The notes beneath the pieces were generated by a model. That model ran no database searches. It was not told where the DNA came from and was given only the letters and a program-made list of their open reading frames with translations. The position numbers and the translations under genes are program-made. A stretch of 16,354 nucleotides of DNA from Oopsacas minuta (Eukaryota > Animalia > Porifera). This document shows positions 9,267 through 16,354 of the stretch, piece after piece. The stretch is from positions 5,235 through 21,588 of the forward strand of contig JAKMXF010000113.1 of the NCBI GenBank assembly GCA_024704765.1, in the 5' to 3' direction. Position 1 is the first letter of the stretch; every line of letters starts with the position of its first letter.

Positions 9267-10461
9267 TATATGTCAGTTATCAGATATTGTGGTAGCGGTT
9301 ATTTACAGTAGTGTTCGCCTAATAGCAATATTGCTCAATTTGTAAGTTACTTTTAGCCCCTAAGTGAGTATTTCTTGTATATTTTGTTCCTCTAATAGCA
9401 AGTTAGCTTATTAGTTAGCAAATTCCGTTCAAAATGCGACTTGTTATTACTCAAACACCACAGATAATGCATATTGATTACACTGTGCTTTATAGTGTAT
9501 TCTAAACAATATACTAAAGTAGTATTACGAATGGAAATATCAAAGAGTTCAAATATTCATTGAAACTTTCGTGATCGGGTTATCGGTCCTGTAGATTGCT
9601 TAGGTGTTTGTGTGATTTTGGAATTCACATTTCTACAACAATCAGGCATTGGTACAATATTCTTGGAGCGGATAGATCCTTGCCTAATTAAAGCATCTAA
9701 ATTATCTTTCCCCCAACCATCACCATGTACCTCTCAACTCTCCCAAGAGAATTGCGTTTTCCCAATTTCAATTTGGCTCTTTTGGGAGTCTTTGGAGGAG
9801 ATGAAAAGGCAACCTCCTTGATATTATAATTCCGAAACTTCCCTTTTCCTCTGAGCGAAGACGTAAATGCTCTCATCTCATTTTCCTTTCCCAATCACCT
9901 TCCAGAAAGCGGAAGCATGCTTGTGACACCCCCCACTCACCAACAAAGCACTCCATGTGTCTACGTCCCTATATATTGTCGTTGAGAGCCAGTTTCCTTT
10001 CAATTACATGTATATTAAGATAAATATCCCGAAAGGACAACAAACTTCTATTTGTAAATTAGTATTATAATGTAAATACCAATTCTGCTAACGTCATCAC
10101 TAAATCCCGCCTAAACAACTCAACCACAAATTTATGAACCTCAACGATGTCACAAAGGATCCACATACCAAATAAATGTATCAGGTTGAAACCTGAAACC
10201 GTACTTGCAGCTACGGTCCTGTAGTTTAATAAGTATAGTTTGTCTAAAAATGCCAAATACACACTGGCCTTCTCGAGAACATATCTAGCCGTATAGTAAG
10301 TAGGCTATTGTATCTTCTCTAGCGAAGTTAAGATCAAAAATAAGAGAGGGAAGTTTCTAAGCGGGGATAGTTGAATACTAGCGCTACGCTTGCTAGTACG
10401 CTGTACGACAGCTTACTGCTCCGCGTTAGCCTATGTATTGATTAAACAGCTAATGCTTATA

Positions 10462-10492
10462 GAGTTATTGGTCGCGTAGCGACCAATAACTC
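10462..10492. other. Perfect 14-bp-stem hairpin with GTA loop
   Basis: GAGTTATTGGTCGC-GTA-GCGACCAATAACTC. Confidence 0.95.
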
Positions 10493-10500
10493 GAGCCAAT

Positions 10501-10561
10501 AATATACCCATCTGACTTAGCCCATAATATACTCATCTGACTTAGCCCATGATATACTCAT
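10501..10561 (+). repeat. 25-bp tandem repeat, about 2.4 copies
   Basis: AATATAC(C/T)CATCTGACTTAGCCCAT twice, then GATATACTCAT. The ACTTAGCCCAT core recurs at 11021-11031. Confidence 0.9.
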
Positions 10562-10602
10562 TATTACGCAATCAACAGAATAGTGAAATGTAAGTAATCA
10601 AT

Positions 10603-10953
10603 TCAGTGATAATTGGGATACAGCTGTTTATAGTCTTTAATGTGGTTATTTCTCGTATCCTGGCTACAACAACCTGTAGCAATCAGGCGTTGAGCCATCT
10701 CCCTAACCCGCAAATCATTCAGGCTCTTAAACTCCCTGATACTCGTATGATTTATAATTCGCCGATGTAGCAGCTGTTTCATCCTCAACAGTTTTTGGCG
10801 TCTTCTAACTGCTAACATGCGCCTTCTCTCAGCCTCTCTGCGCATTCGTGTTATAGCTCGAAACCGACGCTGTATTAGTATAATCGGCATAATCCTGGGT
10901 GAGTTCTGTGCCAATAATTGTCCAGAAGGAATAGGGGCCATCTTTTTGTTCAA
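10603..10953 (-). CDS. Hypothetical Arg-rich ORF (116 aa in the track)
   Basis: Stop-free 351 nt in AT-rich DNA; basic and probably helical (RRFRAITRMRREAERRRMLAVRRRQKLLRMK). No family recognised. Confidence 0.3.
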   Translation of the reverse strand: MNKKMAPIPSGQLLAQNSPRIMPIILIQRRFRAITRMRREAERRRMLAVRRRQKLLRMKQLLHRRIINHTSIREFKSLNDLRVREMAQRLIATGCCSQDTRNNHIKDYKQLYPNYH

Positions 10954-11556
10954 AGTACAGTCAATTCAATAATATCTAATTCAGCAATAACTGATCCCAT
11001 AAAACCATATATTAAATAGTACTTAGCCCATGCGCTACTAGCATACTATAGGCAGATGAAACTAAAGTGAATTACTGACACGTGTTGATATGTAATTTGG
11101 CTTCTGGGTCAGATATTTTTTAAGTGCTGGACCACACAGTGGGCTATTATTGCGAATTATTAGTATTAGGGTTTACGCGTTCAATTTTAGAGATAGGTTT
11201 ATAAAATACATTATTACTGTATAGTAAGTCGACTATTGTGGTTCTTTTTTTGATTTCAATTTTGTTCTATCACATCAGGTTTTCAATATATGACGTAATC
11301 TTAATTACCATATACAGTAATACAGAAATCTAGATATACACTGAACTGAGATTTATTAAAAGAAATAGAATATGAATATATTATGGCTATGGTAACTGAA
11401 GAATAACTAACATACGAATATCTTACTGATGAATTAATTTATTTAACTGCTGGACCAGTTTGCATTCTATTCAAATATTTGTGCGTCACTTATATTATTT
11501 CACTTCTTTGAGTGCCCAAGTTTTATCCGAATTGTTCTACTTTTTTCTGAATAGCC

Positions 11557-13415
11557 ATGCCTAGAATGACAAATGCGAATGCTCGGGAGAAGCTTTCTTC
11601 CACTCTAAAGCAGTTCCGTTCCATTACGGGAGAGAGTATTGGGGTCGTATTTACGTGGAGAGGAAAGTTAGCTACAATGGGGACTGAGAATTTCCAAAAT
11701 TTGATCCATTCTCAGAAGAATGAATTTTGTGGGTCAATAGTTGGTTCACATCGTGAGACAGACACTGAGAAGTTCAATCAAGACAAAGAAATCATCGATC
11801 AGTTAGATGGAGATTTAGAGAGCTACAGTGTCCCAACGCTTCGAAGACTAGTGTCATGGATCACTAAACGCTCAGTTGGTGAGTTTATTTTATTGACAGA
11901 TATGAATACTTGACTAAGCGATTATATGTACATATCCTTGATTATGTTACGCCAAACTTATCCTGAATTGCTGACACAACGATGATACATTTTAGACATT
12001 CGTTTGAATTCTATGCGAAGATACCATTCTTCATACTCGCCTTAGGTGATTAAACATTACATTTTAGGAAAGAATGTGTCCTTCTGGAATGACCCATCTC
12101 TTGTACCTTCATTCTGGCCGAGAGATGTGGAATATAAGAATATTAAACATTCCAACAAAAAGACTCTATGTCGGATTATTCGAGGTTATAGGAGGAATGA
12201 CAACCTAGGGGAACCTGTTAATGGCGTCCGAGACAGATCTCCCCATATTAGCCCTCAGAAGACTCCTCGCGTTGTTCCCAAGAAATTTAAGAAAAGTCCC
12301 GAGAAGAAAAATATATTCGAACACCATCCAGTTATGACACCGATCACTTCTCTTCCACATTCCTCTTCCTATATTCCAGTTTCTGATGTCGACTCTAGTT
12401 GTAGTGAAGGCTTCCTTCCAGGGTTCCGACAGTTTGAACACTCAACTGATGATGTAATTGTTCCTACTAGTACACCTAGTTTAGTATCTCAGTTAGGTAT
12501 AACACCTTTGCAACCCATCTTTGAATTTTCACCGATACTTAACCAGAAGGACCGAGATCAATCATTGTTAGAATTGTCCACTAAGAATACATTCCTCACT
12601 GACACGTGTATGAACACCTTTTCTGTAAGTTAAAATGTGATAAATACAAGTTAATTGCGTTCAATTTTCACATATTCATAGGAACTCCTGAAGAATGTGT
12701 ATCCTCATGTGCAGGGTCTCCGGGACACGATTCTCTCTAAGGTGTTGTATAGGTGCCATGCTTACTATGTACGAGTTTTGTAACACGAATTATTTTAATG
12801 TATTTTCTTTAGAACAGACAATTTATCAGAGCTCCTCGTCCCAGCATGCAAATTCACCATGATGGAGGACTCCATTGGGTATGCTCCAGTGCCGATGTTG
12901 AGGGCAATGCTACGGTGTATGATTCCCTGGCAACTGGTAGAACGAGTGGGGAGCTGGATATACAACTGGCTCTGCTATATGGACTTAGTGCTGGTAAGAT
13001 GACAGTAACATTTGCCCCTATTCAACAACAGAGAGGTGGTGCGGACTGCCGATTATTCGCGGCAGCAGTTTGTCGTGCAATAGCGAACGGTGATGATCCA
13101 CAACATATTCGTTGGAAGCAAAATTGGATGAGATCGTACCTCAGTGATTGCTTCAAAACTGAGACTTTGAAACCATTCCCAGCTACAGAAAGCAAGCAGT
13201 TACGGACTAAGATACTCACTTCTTCCAGGTCAGAATTTAAGATTGAGTTGTGGTGTCTCTGTAACCTGCCAGAATTTGCCTCGAGTAACATGATTGAGTG
13301 CTCGAAATGTCGCCAGTGGTTTCATAAACCATGTGTAGGACTAATCGATGACAGCAATGATGTTGAGTGTTTTTCCTGTCCTCAATGCAGCCCTCATCGA
13401 TCTTCATTACCATAA
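11557..13415 (+). CDS. 513-aa protein with NRF1/Ewg-like DNA-binding domain, Ulp1/C48 SUMO-protease-like domain and PHD finger; exons 11557-11878, 12068-12624, 12682-12741, 12813-13415
   Basis: Three GT-AG introns with matching phases (1, 0, 0) give 1542 nt with no stop. Ulp1 motifs: FLTDTCMN..LLKNVYPHVQGLRDT..QIHHDGGLHW..YDSL..QQQRGGADC. PHD: CLCNLP..MIECSKCRQWFHKPCVG..CPQC. The N-terminus resembles NRF1, including a PSFWPRDVEYKNI motif. Confidence 0.88.
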
Positions 13416-13419
13416 TAAA
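13414..13419 (+). terminator. Putative polyadenylation signal
   Basis: AATAAA overlapping the TAA stop of the Ulp1/PHD gene, in the 118-bp gap between convergent genes. Confidence 0.45.
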
Positions 13420-13533
13420 TCCAATATCAGTATGTACTCATTATCCCATTTAGTAAGGACACACATACAGTCTAATGCAATTATGATCTCATTGATCTCT
13501 ATATATTACAAAAATACTCACTACATGTATATA

Positions 13534-15172
13534 CTATTTGCCTAATGTTTTGGGCTTATTGCTTATGTTATTAAGACACGCTAGGAAATATGTTGTGGTG
13601 TAAAAGACGTTTTCAAGACGCATGTATGCGATCTGAGTGGCAATTCTTCGAAGTGAAGAGAACAACTGTTCACAAACTTGTGAATTAATTTTCTTCATCT
13701 CTTCTGTTTTGATATTTCTCAATGAGTAGGATGAACTACACTTGTGATTTGTTGAATGAAATCTATCGATTAGAAAAGTTGTATCCATAAATACCTTGGG
13801 ATCTCTATAAAGAACAAAATCCGAATCATGATGCTCCTATAACAAACGGTGCATTATTCCTAATTATATTCGTAGAACAATTTCGAAACTGCGAACTCAA
13901 AACATATGTAATATACCTTTTCATGCAAGTCTTGTGTAAGTTGCAAGCGTTATCATAGATAATGACCTTTGGCTGTACTTTGAATATGCTAAGTAGCAAG
14001 TTATACACTACACACAGTAGATTCATGTTGTCGGAGAATTTGAAATCCGTAACAGACTCTATGTTGACAAGAGATAGCTATCAGTCCTGGTGAAAATTTA
14101 TGATGTTTGGGATATTTCTTTGAACAATTATCCGCCAGCTCAACACTTTCATTCTGGTAAATTGGTATCCTAAGAAGTATTAAATAGTTTTAGCTGAACT
14201 ATGACAGAATGAAATTACTTACTTGTAGTGTTTAGTGAAAGCTGGGAAGTAGTTGTAGTGCTCATCACTTTTGGGACAGAATTCAACTATTTTTTGAGAA
14301 GGTTTTCTGGACAAACCATCAATTTGGATGAATATTCTCTTCAGCAGTGAGGCAATCATTGGATGTAACGTAACGTTTCCATCTATGTCTATGATGTATG
14401 TATTGAATTGATCAGGTATTCAAGTGTGTGCATTTTAGTGTATATAATGTTTAGGGTTTCTTCATTGGCTGATCCTCCCTGAGACAGATGTACTAAAGCT
14501 TTCTCTCTTGTGAATTCAGTAGAGATAATTGAACAATCTTGTTATCGCGTCAGTACGACAAAGAAGCTGTATACTCTTTCTAGTTCTCTCATATCCTTCG
14601 GTTATTGACACCCAATGATATAATTAGAAGAATTGAAGATTGTGTAAGCACAAAATTCCTTGTTATTCAATTTTTCGAGCAATTCATCAAATCTATCCTC
14701 TTGTAGGCCTTGCATACTATACTCTAAGAGTGCTTTTCGAAGATCTACATCATGAATGAATACCCTCTCAGATGTATCAATCATGGGATACTTCTGCTCG
14801 TAATCAACTGCTTCGTCCACTTCAGGTAAGGAACTCATTGTTCCCAAGCAATTCAATCTATTACAACTATTTTAGGCTCCAGCTTTCACTGAGAGCAAGT
14901 GTAGTGTGACGAATAATCGAGGTCAACCAATCTCAAATACGCGTTCCAAGTAAGATGTACTACGTGATACTTGAAGCTACCTTTTCTTCCCATTCGTTGC
15001 AGTTTCTGATTTTTGGCACTATTAAAATATGAGAATTTCACCATTATGTAATATGAGAATTTGACCCAAGTTTTATAATATACTAACCTCAAGTACCCAT
15101 ATAGAGTGTTCCTTGACATCGTCATGAGCTCACTGTAATCGCATAATAGGCTGTAATGAATGAAGTATTTGT
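13534..15172 (-). pseudogene. CxC-associated KDZ (Kyakuja-Dileera-Zisupton; HMGXB3-like) transposase, disabled, 5' part cut at the N
   Basis: Introns at 15087-15019, 14222-14170 and 13916-13805. Motifs: LDYSSHYTCSQ*KLEPKIVVID, SERVFI, NYFPAF, CSKKYPKHHKFSPGLIAISCQHRVCYGFQILRQHES, PKVIIYDNACNLHKTCMKRDP, FLIDRFHSTNHKCS, INSQVCEQLFSSL. At least 6 stops or frameshifts (e.g. 14886, 14853, ~14845, 14602, ~14390, ~14020). Confidence 0.88.
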
Positions 15173-15173
15173 N
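15173..15173. other. Ambiguous base, probable contig or scaffold join
   Basis: A single N lies exactly where KDZ coding sequence switches to the duplicated AGO-intron sequence. Confidence 0.8.
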
Positions 15174-15216
15174 TCATAGTTAAACTGCGATAACAACATA
15201 GCATGACTGTACTGAC

Positions 15217-15411
15217 CTGTTGAAATTGTCCTTCACTGACTCCATCCCGATAGAATATAATCCTCTGAGGCTTAAACCTGGCAAATTTGTAGAATTAAAT
15301 CAATGGATCTCTGACCATAGCAGCTAACTCTGTTATTATCTTTGGTCTGTGTTGCTGTACAAGGACTAAAGCACTGTAACGACTAGGATGAGCGTCCATA
15401 CTTCCAACCAA
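15217..15411 (-). pseudogene. AGO: Argonaute PIWI exon, copy C
   Basis: [64 protein letters not shown], 195 nt, bounded by AG/GT. Confidence 0.95.
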
Positions 15412-15510
15412 CTAACAATACAAGAAAGAGTGTAAATAGGAATTGAAATGTTATAACGAGCATTCGCGACTCAGCCACTTCTGACCTTGTTGAACATTGG
15501 AGAGAATAAT

Positions 15511-15776
15511 ACAGGCAACAGTGGATACAGGTAGGAGTGGATACAGGTAACAGTAGAAACAGGTAGCAGAGGATACAGGTAGCAGTGGATACAGGAAGGA
15601 GTGGATACAGGTAACAATGGATACAGGTAGCAGTGGACACTGGTAACAGTGGAGACAGGTAGCAGTGGATACTGGTAGTAGTGGATACAGGTAGCAGTGG
15701 AAACCGGTAGCAGTGGATACAGGTAGCAGCGGAAACCGATAGCAGTGGATACAGATAGCAGTGGATACAGGTACCA
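15511..15776 (+). repeat. 16-bp minisatellite, 16 full units plus a partial
   Basis: GTGGATACAGGTAGCA variants in 16-nt register from 15521 to 15776. Confidence 0.95.
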
Positions 15777-15839
15777 GGGGCATCTATTGTATGCCAGTTA
15801 TAAGAACCATGGATATGTATTAATTGAATAATGATGTCC

Positions 15840-16037
15840 GCCACAATGCTACAAATTTTCTCACCTATACACGATTTGTAAAGACGGAAACTAAGAAAGG
15901 AAATTTAGGGAAAAATACAAATAAAATGTTTGTATTTACCAAATTAGTATTCAACAAATCACTTCATTTATATATACAAAAGCTAGCAATATAATTTGAC
16001 CGGGTAAGTCTTATCGTAGTCTTATCGTGCCTCCTAG
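15840..16037 (-). repeat. Inverted copy of 7901-8099
   Basis: gccacaatgctaca..ctcacctatacacgatttgtaaagacggaaactaagaaagg..gtcttatcgtagtcttatcgt..ctcctag is the reverse complement of the copy-B segment. Confidence 0.95.
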
Positions 16038-16094
16038 GGCTAGGGAGTATGGGAGTCGGGACTCTCAGGCTCTTGAAGACATTCTTGGACTCAC

Positions 16095-16354
16095 TGCGTC
16101 GCTCTTCCGCCAGAATAGAGCAAAGCTCTTCCTCTTTGCTTTCTTGTAGTAATTGGAAGATTCCTGTTAAGACATTAAATCATTAAGTGACACCTTAAGT
16201 AGTTTCCAAGCAACTGAATCATTCTGAGGAATTTGTAGATCATTAGCCATTGTATGATAATCATAGGAGTTATTAAAATATAGGACAGCTCCGTGTGAGA
16301 CCTCTGGACTCAATGTTACCAGTGTAACCACCCAGACCAATGGAATGTAACCAT
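16095..16354 (-). pseudogene. PPFIA: Liprin-alpha SAM3 fragment, copy C; runs off the right edge
   Basis: WLHSIGLGGYTGNIESRGL(+1 nt)HGAVLYF..MANDLQIPQNDSVAWKLL; near-identical to 8154-8410. Confidence 0.9.

Noticed and set aside
9461-10262. Short ORFs 9612-9821, 9697-9894 and 10065-10262 as genes
   Set aside because: Overlapping frames with stops and no recognisable motif; possibly degraded coding DNA, but not assignable.
14853-14888. TGA at the second Cys of CSQ* as selenocysteine or a recoded stop
   Set aside because: A second TGA (replacing Gly) and a frameshift occur within about 45 nt, and more lesions follow; ordinary decay explains it.
15511-15776. Regular repeat array as CRISPR
   Set aside because: Head-to-tail units with no unique spacers, a eukaryotic context, and no cas genes.
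15383-15844. Cys/His/Pro-rich ORFs (also 15451-15783 and 7553-7789) as metal-binding proteins
   Set aside because: They are translations of the 16-bp minisatellite; the unit is not a multiple of 3 and copy number varies freely.

Overview
AT-rich eukaryotic DNA with short GT-AG introns, probably animal because it carries liprin-alpha and AGO-clade sequence. It is a transposon- and duplication-rich mosaic. (i) A repeated minus-strand cassette of disabled host-gene exons: liprin-alpha SAM1-3 exons, a ~200-bp segment inverted between copies, a 16-bp VNTR and Argonaute PIWI exons. Three partial copies lie at 1-903, 6807-9461 and 15174-16354. (ii) Further orphan fragments resembling alkaline ceramidase (ACER3-like) and a cathepsin-B-like protease. 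(iii) A full-length but frameshifted Tc1 (DD34E) element with 26-bp TIRs and TA flanks. (iv) A decayed, intron-containing CxC/KDZ-type transposase, convergent with an apparently intact 4-exon, 513-aa gene combining an NRF1/Ewg-like DNA-binding domain, a Ulp1/C48 SUMO-protease domain and a PHD finger. An N at 15173 marks a probable assembly join. All family assignments come from motifs recalled from memory; no database search was run.
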